Shown here one piece after another: positions 32,453-53,793 of a stretch of DNA of 64,000 nucleotides. Within the stretch, counting starts at the first letter, position 1. Each line of letters begins with the position of its first letter. Position numbers and translations under genes: made by a program. Source of the stretch: Chrysemys picta bellii (Eukaryota); NCBI RefSeq assembly GCF_011386835.1, contig NC_088807.1, positions 26,846,001-26,910,000 on the forward strand. The letters are read 5' to 3'. The notes under the pieces are model-generated. The model saw nothing but the letters and a program-made list of their open reading frames with translations. It had not been told where the DNA came from and ran no database searches.

Positions 32453-34122
32453 ATGGAAGAAGCTGGAGCAGCTCGGGCCGGGCTGGGCTTGTATCCGGGG
32501 GGCCGTGGGCGGGCGCGGAAGGGGCTGGGAGGATTGGGGGGGGGGGCGAGGGGGCCGTGGGCGGGTGTGGGGGCGCGGAAGGCGCTGGGAGGATTTGGGG
32601 GGGGGTGAGGGGGCCGTGGGCAGGTCTGGGGGCGCGGAAGGCGCTGGGAGGATTTGGGGGGGCGAGGGGGCCGTGGGCGGGCGTGGGGGCGCGGAAGGGG
32701 CTGGGAGGATTTGGGGGGGGCGAGGGGGCCGTGGGCGGGCGTGGGGGCGCAGAAGGGGCTGGGAGGATTTGGGGGGGCGAGGGGGCCGTGGGCGGGCGTG
32801 GGGGCGCGGAAGGGGCTGGGAGGATTTGGGGGGGGCGAGGGGGCCGTGGGCGGGCGTGGGGGCGCGGAAGGGGCTGGGAGGATTTGGGGGGGCGAGGGGG
32901 CCGTGGGCAGGTCTGGGGGCGCGGAAGGCGCTGGGAGGATTTGGGGGGGGCGAGGGGGCCGTGGGCGGGCGTGGGGGCGCGGAAGGGGCTGGGAGGATTT
33001 GGGGGGGGCGAGGGGGCCGTGGGCGGGCGTGGGGGCGCAGAAGGGGCTGGGAGGATTTGGGGGGGCGAGGGGGCCGTGGGCGGGCGTGGGGGCGCGGAAG
33101 GGGCTGGGAGGATTTGGGGGGGCGAGGGGGCCGTGGGCAGGTCTGGGGGCGCGGAAGGCGCTGGGAGGATTTGGGGGGGCGAGGGGGCCGTGGGCGGGTG
33201 TGGGGGCGCGGAAGGCGCTGGGAGGATTTGAGGGGGCGAGGGGGCCGTGGGCGGGTGTGGGGGCGCGGAAGGCGCTGGGAGGATTTGGGGGAGCTAGGGG
33301 GCCGTGGGCAGGTCTGGGGGCGCAGAAGGTGCTGGGAGGATTTGGGGGAGCTAGGGGGCCGTGGGCGGGTCTGGGGGCACAAAAGGGACTGGGAGGATTT
33401 GGGGGGGGGGCGAGGGGGCCGTGGGTGGGTGTGGGGACGCAGAAGGGGCTGGGAGGATTTGGGGGGGTGAGGAGGCTTTGGGGAGATCAGGGGCCTGCGG
33501 GGTCTCTGGGGGAGGAGGATGCGGGAGGGTCTCCTCCATGCCCCATGGGACTGGCCGTGTCTCGCACCTGCCCCCCCCCAGTTTTTTCCCCACTCCCTTT
33601 TTCCTTAACCTCCCCCTCCCCTCCCAGCACCTTGAGTGTCCCATTTCCATCCCCCCTGGAGGCCCAAATCGCTCATGGCTCCCTGGCCCCCGACCCTGAG
33701 CCCCGCAAGGGGGGGATCAGCAAAGAACTGACTGTGACTGAGAACTTCCTACACGTGTGAGTGAGTCCCCCCATGGAGACCAACCCTCATTAGGGGCTGC
33801 AAGTCGGGAGTGAGTGGCACCAGCAGAGCTGGGGGCGGTCAGGGCCGGGCTAGCAGGGGCTGCAGGTCAGGAGTGAGGGGCACTGGCAGGGCTGGGGGGG
33901 GAGCCCAGGGCTGGGCTATCAGGGGCTGTGGGTCATGAGGGGTACTGTCTAAGCTGGGTTTAGGGGGACTCCCCTCCCCTTCCCCTCACCCCATATCCTC
34001 CTACCAGGTGCTGGAAAGCAGACGAGGCCCGGATCCTGCGTGTTTCCATCAGCTCCTTCCTGGACCATCTCTCCCTGGTGATACAGACCATGGAGATGTT
34101 TGGGCCACCGGTACCCCGATAG
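32453..34122 (+). CDS. LAGE3: EKC/KEOPS complex subunit LAGE3 (Pcc1 family), 93 aa
   Basis: Exons 32453-32490, 33628-33756 and 34008-34122 total 282 nt. Translation MEEAGAARAGLGFTLSVPFPSPLEAQIAHGSLAPDPEPRKGGISKELTVTENFLHVCWKADEARILRVSISSFLDHLSLVIQTMEMFGPPVPR*. AATAAA at 34440 and 34450. Confidence 0.93.
32491..33627 (+). other. LAGE3: U12-type (minor spliceosome) GT-AG intron, LAGE3 intron 1
   Basis: Donor GTATCCGG; perfect U12 branch-point box TTTTTCCTTAAC at 33598-33609, 18 nt before the end of the acceptor AG. Confidence 0.8.
32500..33470. repeat. G-rich ~60-bp minisatellite in LAGE3 intron 1
   Basis: About 16 units of GGGGGCCGTGGGCGGGCGTGGGGGCGCGGAAGGGGCTGGGAGGATTTGGGGGGGCGA. Confidence 0.95.
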
Positions 34123-37100
34123 CACCTGCCCTCTGGCACCCCTGGGGAGCCAGGGGTGGGACAAGAGGCTGGGACGACATCCCCTCAGCCTCCACTGCCT
34201 TGAAGATGCTGGAGCCGGTGCTGCTGGGGGTGCAGGCCAGGCGTCAGCTGGACTGTCCTGGTCAGGGGGGACAGAGCTGGGGGATCACAGAGACGGTCCC
34301 TGCATCTGGCCAGCACCTTGGACTGGTTTCAGCTCTGAGGCTAGAAGAGCCTGGGGGAGGGGGATTTGGGGGCACAATGCTGCTGGGGGGGCTGCGGGAC
34401 TCTGTGCAGGGGGCTCTGTATAGACCTCACCCATGTTGTAATAAACTGCAATAAATGGTGCCGTGGAACCCCCCGCCTCTGTCTGAATATAAACAGGAAA
34501 AAGACTCTCCCCTCCCCCTGCTGGGATCCACCCCTTGGAGTAGCCCCCACTGGAACCTCCCCCAGCACAGCCTGCTGGGATCCTCCCACAGCCAGGAACC
34601 TCCCCAGGATACCCCTCTGGGATCAACCTTCTCCCGGGACCCCCCATATACAGCCTCCCTCCCAGGAACTTTCTGTTCCCTTTGGTTAATGAGCCCTGCT
34701 GCCCCCTACGCAGCCCTCCCTGGGATCATCCTTCCACCCCACATGGGAGATGGGACCCTCCCAAAGACCCACAAACAGCATCTCCCAGAATTCACCCCTA
34801 CAGCCCCCCGGACATGTGCCCCATGCTGGCAGGTGAAGGGTTAGCAGGCAGCTGAGTGGCCCAATGAGCCCATCCTGGAGAGGGGTAGAAGGCAGCTAAT
34901 TAAGGATGAGCAGCAGCTGGGGAGGTGCAGGCTTGGTGGTTTGGCTCCTATAAAGGAAGAGGACGAGGGTGCACTGGCTGGAGGGCAGAGACAGAGGGTT
35001 GTGCTGGGGGCTGGACCCCCTGGTGTCTGTTCCTATACTGCTGGACAGTCCACTTCCATCAGTGCAGTCTGTCCATGCTGCGGGGTCACTCTGGCGTGGT
35101 CTGTCCCGTAGGGTTGTAGGGTGGTCCCCTGAGGGAGGGAGAAGGAATTGGGGTGACCTTAATGAAGGCGAGGCTAATTTCACAATTAATTTTATATTTT
35201 TATTTTTAAAAAAATATTTAATTACAAAAAAAATCTCCATTTTTTAGTTAAAAATATGACACCCCCCCTATTTTGCGGACGCTTCACGGGGGAACGTAGG
35301 TGGCTGCAGGGTTGGGGGCAGCTGAGTGGGGGTTTTGTTAATGCCAGGGGGGAGTAAATGCTGGAAGTGCCCCTTGTGACTCCAGCCTGCAATGTTCTGT
35401 TGCCCCCCATCCACTGGAATTGACGTCCCAACACTGAAGTGGGGCAGGCTGCACGGGGAACGCCGCCCGAGAGCTTGTATCTGAGACAGGTTTCAGAGGG
35501 ATTTCGAATGCCGCTGTCCGTTTGCCGTGTGGAGTACGGGTTTCGTTATGAAGGGGATGTCCACACTTCAAACACCCTATGAGTGCAGCGTCCGCGTAGA
35601 CGCTACCGGTGGGGAGGTTTCCCATCGGCATTGGGAATCCACCTCCCCGAGAGGCTGTAGCCAGGGTGATGGAAGAATTCTTCCGTCTACTTAGTGCTGT
35701 TTACACCAGGGGTGGGTCGGTGTTGCTGCATCTCTCGGGTTTTTCACACCGTAGCTGCACTGATGTAAGTTCCCAGTGCAAACCAGGCCTAGGAGATTGG
35801 CTGGTATGTGCGATACGCATGCTCGCAGTCTTCCCCCCGCTGACTGGCAGCTACTAACACCTGCCTGGGCTTGTACACACAATAGCTCTGCTGAGCGCAA
35901 GGCCTGATATTGGTCTTTCTAGAAATCTTTCCGCAAAGGCCTCATCTGCACTAGGAAGTCCATCGGTCGGGTGTGGAAAATCCAGTGTTGTCCCAAGTCC
36001 CTGTGGAGACAGCGCTAGCTGCTTAGCTCCTGCCTCTGGGGCAGTGGGTATCCTATGCGGACAGGAGTGCCAGTCCCATCGGCGCAGGGCGTGTCTACGC
36101 TGTAGGGCCAAGTATAGACAAGCCCCAGGAGTTCAGCGAAGGTGCAAAGAAAAGGGGTGCGCACCAGTCATGGTCCAGAAGCCAGGAGAGAAGAGAGGTA
36201 ACTGAGTGAGCAACGGGCTGCACCTCATCGCATTTGACCTGCAGGTTGTTTGAGGACATAATCTACCCAAGGTTTGTATGTGGGGCCCATGTCTCTGAGA
36301 TGGACCTGTTGGGAGCCGCCCGCACAACGGCCCAGCATGGGGTCAGCCAGGGCCACACTGATGTTTGCCGAGGTGGGGAGAGGCCCTGGACTGATGCAAA
36401 GGACTTGGGGAGAGACTCCCCACTGCTAGAACGTTCTTGGGGCTGCTCCTCTGGGCGGTGGGCGCTCGGGTGGGTTTTGAAGTAGCTGCTGATTCTTCTC
36501 TCACTAAGAGCGCTGAGGTGAGAGCTGCCACACTTCACGCCTGTGGGCAGAGATCCTAAGAGATTCCGGCCACCTAGTTAGTGGCAAGTAGAAGCCGCAA
36601 GGCTCAGTCGTTGCTGCTGTTTGGGAGCTGGCGGGAGAACCCTGCTGTTGGCTTCACGCCTCACCTGCAGCTGAACAGCGGAGTGAGAGCGGTTGCAGGG
36701 GGTAGCGTGGGAGCAGAGGAATTCACAGCTGCTGTCTCCAGGCCCTGGTGTCGTGCGACTGCATCACTCACGCCCGTGCAGACAGCACTGTCGAAGGGCA
36801 GGCTTCTCCCATCGACACAGCTGGTGCTCCCACCTCTCCAGTACTGGTCCGCAGGCTCCAGGAATTAAAGATTGTCATGTGATGAAACCTCCAGGAATCC
36901 ATCCAACCAGAACTGGCCACCCTACGCTGGCCTGTCGGGGCGGCAGGGGACCTGTGATGTCAGGAGAACCCTTTTATGCTTGTGGGCTGGCTACTGCTGT
37001 CAAAGCTCTGAGCCGCAGAAGCATTAAAGGGCCCCCAGTTATAGGGGAGGTGGTGACAGAACCCCTTACTCGTCTGGGGGAGCCCACAAGTGTCAGGCTC

Positions 37101-37255
37101 AGGTGACTAGAAAGAAAGGCAAACTAAAGGGGAAGGGATGTGTAAATCTGTCTCTATGTGTCTTGACAGGCCTATAAGCATAGGGCTGGTGTCCATACCA
37201 AAGTATCTCAATTATTCCAGTATCTCTATTGTATTGTTTTCATAGAGCCACAGGG

Positions 37256-40150
37256 TTAGCAGGGACCGCAAGGGTCAGCTAGTCTAACCCCCGGACAAGA
37301 TGCAAGCTTTGTTAGGTCTACGCCATCCCAGACAGCTGGCTCCAGCTGCCATTGAAAAACCTCCAGTGAAGGCTCTTCCACAACCTCCCTCGGTGTCTGT
37401 TCCACTGTCCTACTGATCTTAGTTAGGAAGTTTTCCCTGAGGTTTAATCTAAATCTGCGATGCTGTAGTTTGAACCCATTGCCTCTTGTCCTACTCTCTG
37501 TGGCCAGAGAAAATAATTTAACAACCCTGACAGTTGGGAAGTTTTTCCTAATGTCCAACCTAAACCTCCCTTGCTGCAATGTAAACCCATTGCTTCTTAT
37601 CCTATCCTCAGCGATTAAGAACAGGTCTTCACCCTCCTCCTTGTAACAACCATTTATGTACTTGAAAACTGTTGTTCCCTCTCAGTCTTTTCTCCTCCTC
37701 ATTAAACAAACCCAATTTTTTCAATCTTTCCTCATAGGTCGATGTTTTCTAGCCCTTGGATCAGTTTTGTTGCTCTTCTCTAGACTATAGTTGGTCTATA
37801 GTTCCCCAGCTCCCCCTTTTTAAAGATGGACACCACATTAGGCCTGTGTGAAGTGTCCATCTTTTTTGGTGAATTTGTCTGGCACTGTTCTCATAAAACT
37901 GGCCTTCTGCTGTTTTGTTAATTGATTCCCCGGTCATACATCCCAGGATCCGAATAGCTCTTTTGGCTATGTTGTCACACTGGGAGCTGATTAGCCACTT
38001 CCTCCCCCCAAGTCCTTCTCACTATCGCTGCTTCACAGGATCGAGTCCCCCAACCCGTAGGTGGGGTCAACGTTCTTTGTTCCTAGATGGATACATTTCC
38101 ATTTACCTGTGTTAAAATGCATCTCATTCGCTTGCGCCCAGTTTGCCAAAGGGTCCGGGCTACTCTGTATCGGTGACCTGTCCTTTTTATTGTTTACCAC
38201 TCTGCTCATTTTGTGTGATCTACAACCTGTACCAGTGATGACTTTGTTTTCTGCCAGGTTATTGATGAAAATGGTCAATAGCGTAGGCCAAGAACCAGTC
38301 CCTGAAGGATCCCACTAGAAACGCACCCACTTGAAGGTGAGTCCCTGTTTATCACATTGTGCAACCCAAGCCGGGGAAGGGAATGATCCACCAGCAGCCC
38401 AAATTCAGTGAAATTCAGGTCACGTCCACCTGAGGCATGTCATGCATACGCTAAGGAGATTGGTTCCAACGGATTTAGAGGGCAATCAGTCTGGTTTTAG
38501 GGTGATTTTTTTTTAATCCAAATGTTGTGTGGTACCAAGTCAAAGACCTTACCAAAGTCTAAGTACATGACAGCAACACGATTACTTTATCAATCAACCT
38601 TCTCATCTCATTAAAAAAAATCAAGCTCGTGTGACTGGACCTATTTTCCAGAAACCCACATTGATTGGCATTAATTATATTATCCTCCTTTAGTTCTTGA
38701 TACAATCATGTTCTATGTCAGTTATCCCATTATTTTGCTTAGGGTTGATGTCAGGCTGCCAGACCTATCATTACCGAGGTTGGCCCATTTACCTTTTTTA
38801 AAATATTAGCACAACATTAGCTTTCTTTCACAGTGCTGGAACTTCCTCGGACAACTCTTTCAAAACTCTTGGCTGCAAGTTATCCATACCAACGGATTTA
38901 AAAATGTCTAACTTTTGTAGTTGCTGTTTAACATCCCCCTGAGGTACCATAGGAACTGAAAGAGTTTCATCCTAGGCTATGACTGCATCAGTGCCGGAGT
39001 CCTAAAAAAATAAGTTCCAGAACACAAAATTTCAACAAGAATACCTTGTAATTGACCCAGTGGAGCCAGAGCCTGCTGCAGCACAACCACAAGCTGCTGC
39101 TGCTGCCGCCCTTGATGGGGGTGAGTGCCCTGGGAGTGTCTGGGGGAGGCTCACAGAAACAGGGGGTGGTGGTCCCACTTTCACTGGTGACACCCGACCA
39201 CTGGGTGGGGTGCTGGGGCCTGAAGAGGGGAGTGGATGGGGAAGCAGTGAGGAGGTATGAAAGGAAACATGGGAGGGCACGGAAGATTGGTGGTGGGGGT
39301 CTGTACCCTCCTTTGCCACCTGGATCCAGGTCTGGGAGTGTGGGTGGTGAGATGGGGCATGGTCCTCTGGGGAAGGGGGAGCAATGCGAGGATAGTGATA
39401 GGGGTGGTGCAGTGGGGAAGTTGAGAAAAGTCCCTTGTGAACCCCAGTTTGCAGGGATCCAGGAGGAACCAGCTGAACCCCCATTTGCTGCAGCAGGGGG
39501 TATAGGGCTGGGTCCCAACTCCAGGGCACTGGTTCATGGTGACAGGAACGTCTCTCTGCAGCTCCTGGCCAGGATTTACGGTTCTTGCTGTTCAGCTCCC
39601 TCTAGGGGTTGGTGGGCAGTCGTTCTGCCCTGCTGCTTCACCTACACTTGCCCCAAAGCTGGGGCCGCTGCAAGACATCCAGGTTTATTGGAGATGAGGT
39701 GGGCCTCGTGCCGCGGTCATCTACCATCACACAGAGAGGGACATACACCTGGCCGTATGGGGCTGTATCACCATGGTCAGAAGTACTGGAACGGCCTCCT
39801 GGAACATTTTGACACAGGGTGAGCCCTGGACTGCATCATCTGCTTTTCTTTTCCTAAATACAGAGCCTTTTCTGCATTAGTACTGACAGTTCTATCATTT
39901 CTATCTAGTAATAGAGCAATACCATTGCTAAGATTCTCTTTGTTCCTAATATGCGTTTTAAAAAATCATCTTCATGTTGTCCTTAACTGTACTGGGCATA
40001 GATTTGTTTCCTTATGCCCTTTTGCTTCCCTTATCAATTTTCTACATTTCCTAGGTTCTGGTTTATAGTAATCTTTCATGTTCTTCCATTTGTTATATAT
40101 ATATATATATATATACACTCTTTCCTCTCCAATCAGACCCACAACCTCCA
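37256..40150 (-). mobile_element. Degenerate CR1 LINE fragments (3' end and RT region), interrupted at 38989-39828
   Basis: The minus strand at ~38540-38570 encodes MYLDFGKVFD (RT motif YLDFxKAFD). Typical CR1 3' segments (...RFRLDIRKNF...VRVVK) at 37256-37580. Confidence 0.85.
38989..39828. mobile_element. 840-bp hAT-type non-autonomous element inserted in CR1
   Basis: 8-bp TSD GACTGCAT (38981-38988 and 39829-39836); termini CAGTGCC...GAGCCCTG. Confidence 0.65.
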
Positions 40151-41048
40151 CCTCTAGCTGAGGGATGTCCAGTTCTTAAGGCACCAGGGACTATGCTGCG
40201 AACCAGACCCTCTTGCATAGTTATGATCCCTGCATTTCAGCCCGAGATGCCACCTGAAAGGTGTTGCAATGCTGTGCTGCCGTGAGTGGAATATGCTCAG
40301 AGCTGGGGGAATTTCCCATCCTTTATTCTGACATACAAAAGTAGGTGAGGCCGCTAATGCCTCGCTTTTTTTCTCCAAGGCTTGGGCCAAGAAAAGCAGC
40401 GCCACTGAACTGGTTCCCGGCTGAGAAGTAAAGTCTGGATGCAGCAAAACAAGATCTCTTCCCTGCCGAGAAGCAGCCTCTGCAGCGGGAGCAGAGCGGC
40501 AGCCCAGGTCTCCAGGGAGAGCTGCCAGTGGTGGAGGAAGCACCAGTCGTGGGTGAGATCTACGCTCCGCAACTACCAACTGTGCGCCAAGGGACAGAAC
40601 AAAATGGCAGCATCGGCTGCTAACTGTGAGTAGGGAGCCAGGCTGGTGCCCATACTGCATTAGCCACTCAGTGCACCCATCATTTTCCTTCCACCTTGAA
40701 ATTCTTTAGACTGCAGGTGTCACCCCAGGTAACAATCCAAGCCAGCTCTTTGCACAAACGGGTTTTATTCCGTAACACCAACCCACCATCGGAGCGGCTC
40801 AGATACACAGGCAGCAAAGAACAGGGGGAGGGTGTGTGTGGTGTCTGCCACTGTCCCTCTATCTCCCCCCTCCCCCCACCCCACACAGGGAGTAGAAACA
40901 CTCAGCTTCTCTGGACACCCCCACGGGTCAGCAGGGGTGTTTGTGACACCACGTGAGGCAGGCTCTGGGCAGATAGGGGTGCCCCCCTGGAACCATGCTG
41001 GGACAGCAGAGCAGAGCCCAGGGCTTGGTTTGTAGGCACAGCCTCCCC

Positions 41049-51385
<10,337 letters not shown>

Positions 51386-51477
51386 GGCAGGGCCGGGTTC
51401 GGGGCTCCGCCCTACAAGGGGACATGGGGCACCCCTCAAATCAACCGGCAGCAGCACAGCCCCGCAGCCAAAAATAG

Positions 51478-51672
51478 AACCCAGGCGTCCGGGCTCCCCC
51501 GCCCCCCACAGGCACGGAGCGGACCCAGGCGTCCGGGCTCCCCCCCGACACCCACAGGCACGGAGCGGACCCAGGCGTCCGGGCTCCCCCACCCCCCACA
51601 GGCACGGAGCGGACCCAGGCGTCCGGGCTCCCCCCCGACCCCCACAGGCACGGAGCGGACCCAGGCGTCCGG
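51478..51672. repeat. ~45-bp tandem repeat upstream of the DNM1L-like ATG
   Basis: CCAGGCGTCCGGG at 51481, 51525, 51571, 51615 and 51661. Confidence 0.9.
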
Positions 51673-51699
51673 GAACGGTTCGTCCCGTTACCTGCTCTC

Positions 51700-51960
51700 A
51701 GGCCCCGGCTCCAGCCCCATTCACTCCCCAACCCGGAAGCACCGCCCCGCCCCTCTCCGCACCCTATTGGTCCAAGACCCCAGGAGTCCTATTGCTATTG
51801 GCGGAGGGGACATCAATCACTGCCCAACGCCCTTCCTTTAATCCCATAGCAGGAGAGTGGCTCGGCGCGAGGGCTGAGGCTGGAGAGTTATTGGCTGGTT
51901 CTCGCACCAATCAGCGGGACCATGGGCTCCGCGGCGGCCATGTTTGAAAGGGGCAACGTG
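51700..51960 (-). promoter_or_regulatory. DNM1L-like promoter: ETS, CCAAT and YY1-like motifs
   Basis: CCGGAAG at 51733; ATTGG at 51766, 51797 and 51890; CCAAT at 51907; GCGGCCATGTTT at ~51934. Confidence 0.6.
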
Positions 51961-52052
51961 AGGGCAACGTAAATGGCCATGTTTGCTAGTCTCAGAGGGG
52001 TAGCGTGTAGTCTGGATCTGTAAAGAGTCCTGTGGCACCTGGTAGACGAGCA

Positions 52053-52092
52053 GCGTCTGACGAAGTGGGTATTCACCCACGAAAGCTCATGT
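52053..52092 (+). ncRNA. Minimal type I hammerhead ribozyme motif (Penelope-associated), core intact
   Basis: GCGU-CUGACGA-A-[GUGGG UAUUCA CCCAC]-GAAA-GC-UC-AUGU, with a palindromic AGCU stem III. Confidence 0.7.
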
Positions 52093-52541
52093 GCCACAGG
52101 ACTCTGTTGCTTTTTACATGTTTGATGGGGCGGCTCAGACTAAAGGGCCGCCTGCAATGCCCCTCTGCCATGTCCATTGGCCAAACCGGAGAGTCTCTAC
52201 GCAAAAGAATAAATGGACTCAAATCTGACATCAGGAATTATAACATTCAAAAACCAGCAGGAGAACACTTCAATCTCCCTGGTCACTCAATAACAGACCT
52301 AAAAGTGGCAATTCTTCAACAACAAAAATTCAAAACAGACTCCAACGTGAAACTGCAGAACTGGAATTAATTTGCAAACTGGACACCATCTAATTAGGCC
52401 TGAATAAAGACTGGGAGTGGTTGGGCCATTACAAAAGCTAAACCTAATACCCCCCATACTAATTTCCCCCTACTGTTACTCACACTTTCTTGTCAACTGT
52501 TTGAAATGGGCCACTCTCATTACCACTACAAAAGTTATTTT

Positions 52542-52720
52542 CAGGGCCACCCAGAGGATTCAGGGGGCCTGGGACAAAGCAATTTCGGGGGCCCCTTCCA
52601 TAAAAAAAAGTTGCAATACCATAGAATACTATATTTTCGTGGGGATCCCTGTGGGCCCAGGGCCTGGAGCAAATTGTCCCATTTGCCCCCCCCCCCGCCC
52701 CCCGCCTCTGGGCGGCCCTG
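52542..52720. mobile_element. hAT-type MITE (179 bp) nested in the PLE fragment
   Basis: Termini CAGGGCC...GGCCCTG; 8-bp TSD GTTATTTT (52534-52541 and 52721-52728). Confidence 0.9.
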
Positions 52721-52845
52721 GTTATTTTTTCCTCCCTTGGTATCCTACTTTTAATTGAATTGTCTCATTGGACTGACCTCTCACTTGGTAAGGCAACTCC
52801 CATCTTTTCATGTATTTATACCTGCTCCTGTATTTTCCACTCCAT

Positions 52846-52885
52846 GCATCTGATGAAGTGGGTTCTAGCCCACAAAAGCTTATGC
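52846..52885 (+). ncRNA. Degenerate hammerhead ribozyme motif (G12->A, likely inactive)
   Basis: GCAU-CUGAUGA-A-[GUGGG UUCUAG CCCAC]-AAAA-GC-UU-AUGC. Confidence 0.6.
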
Positions 52886-53114
52886 CCAAATAAATTTGTT
52901 AGTGTCTAAGATGCCACAAGGACTCCTCATTGTTTTTACTTATACAGACTAACACGGCTGCCACTGTGACCCCCATCTTGGCTAGGACCATTGTGGAAGC
53001 CATCTTTGTTTAGGGCACAGTGAGGCTTCATCTTCCATAGGGTGAAGGCTGGCAGCCATCTTAGATATGGGAAAAAGGCAAAAAGGGAGAGAGGCTCCAC
53101 CCCCCTTGTCCAGT

Positions 53115-53172
53115 AGCCTAGTGGTTAGAGCACACGCCTGGGACACAGGCGACCCAGGTTCAAACCCCACCC
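53115..53172 (+). mobile_element. tRNA-derived SINE head
   Basis: A-box-like TAGTGGTTAGAGC and B-box-like GGTTCAAACC at tRNA-like spacing. A similar diverged head lies at ~60238-60295. Confidence 0.55.
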
Positions 53173-53548
53173 CTGCCCCATGGGGAAGAAGGGTCTCCCT
53201 GAGCCTAGGGGAAACCCTGTGGGCTATGGGGGTGCTCCAGCCCCAGAAGCCTCTCCACCTCTCCTGTCAAATCTGCATCACTTTATGTAAAACACACTCA
53301 CTGGGCCACTGAGCACAGGGGCGGACGCGCAGACTCTCCCTGCCACCTCCGTGGTACCGAAAACCGAAGACCTGTGGCACTGCCGAGTGCGCTGAGCACT
53401 GTGATGCAGGGAGAATGTCTGCTGAGAGCTTTACAAAGACAATGTGTGCCTCGGTTTCCCTCTCTCCTTTGCATCGCCACCCAATGGAGGGAGGAGGAAG
53501 TGTTAATGCTGCTCTTAGAGCAGCACGGGCAACATGAGATGTGTCTAG

Positions 53549-53793
53549 GGGCTTGGCTACACTTAAAACGCCGCTATAGTGCTCCTGTGTCAACGCTACA
53601 TATACCGATAGGAGAGGTTCTGCTGACGCCGTAGTTAATCCACCTCCTCGAGAGGCCGTAATTAGATCCCCCAGCAACCTAGCATTGTCTACACCAGGGG
53701 TTAGGTGGCTTAACCACACCGCTCAGGAGGGTGGCTTTTTCACATCCCTGAGTGACGGAGTTAACAAATTAATTTTCTGGTGTGGACTAGGCC
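53549..53793. mobile_element. PIF/Harbinger-type MITE
   Basis: Imperfect TIRs GGCTTGGCTACACT...GGTGTGGACTAGGCC; same family as 58771-59272. Confidence 0.6.

Larger units (their letters stand above)
51980..52960 (+). mobile_element. Penelope-like retroelement 3' fragment (GIY-YIG endonuclease remnant plus termini)
   Basis: CPSAMSIGQTGESLRKRINGLKSDIRNYNIQKPAGEHFNLPGHSITDLKVAILQQ (52150-52330) is a frameshifted PLE GIY-YIG C-terminus. Terminal motifs ...GTTAGT(C/G)TCTAAG(G/A)TGCCACAAG...ACAGACTAACACGGCT are present. Confidence 0.88.

Noticed and set aside
31910-33760. ORFs of 280-490 aa around LAGE3 intron 1
   Set aside because: Produced by the 60-bp VNTR; only 32453-32490 and 33628-33756 are real exons.
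40154-40660. 168-aa minus-strand ORF downstream of the Drp1-like gene
   Set aside because: No recognisable motif or convincing splice structure, and it lies just past the polyA signal; likely chance.
53115-53172. Functional tRNA gene
   Set aside because: A and B boxes are present, but I could not form a full cloverleaf or acceptor stem; more consistent with a SINE head.
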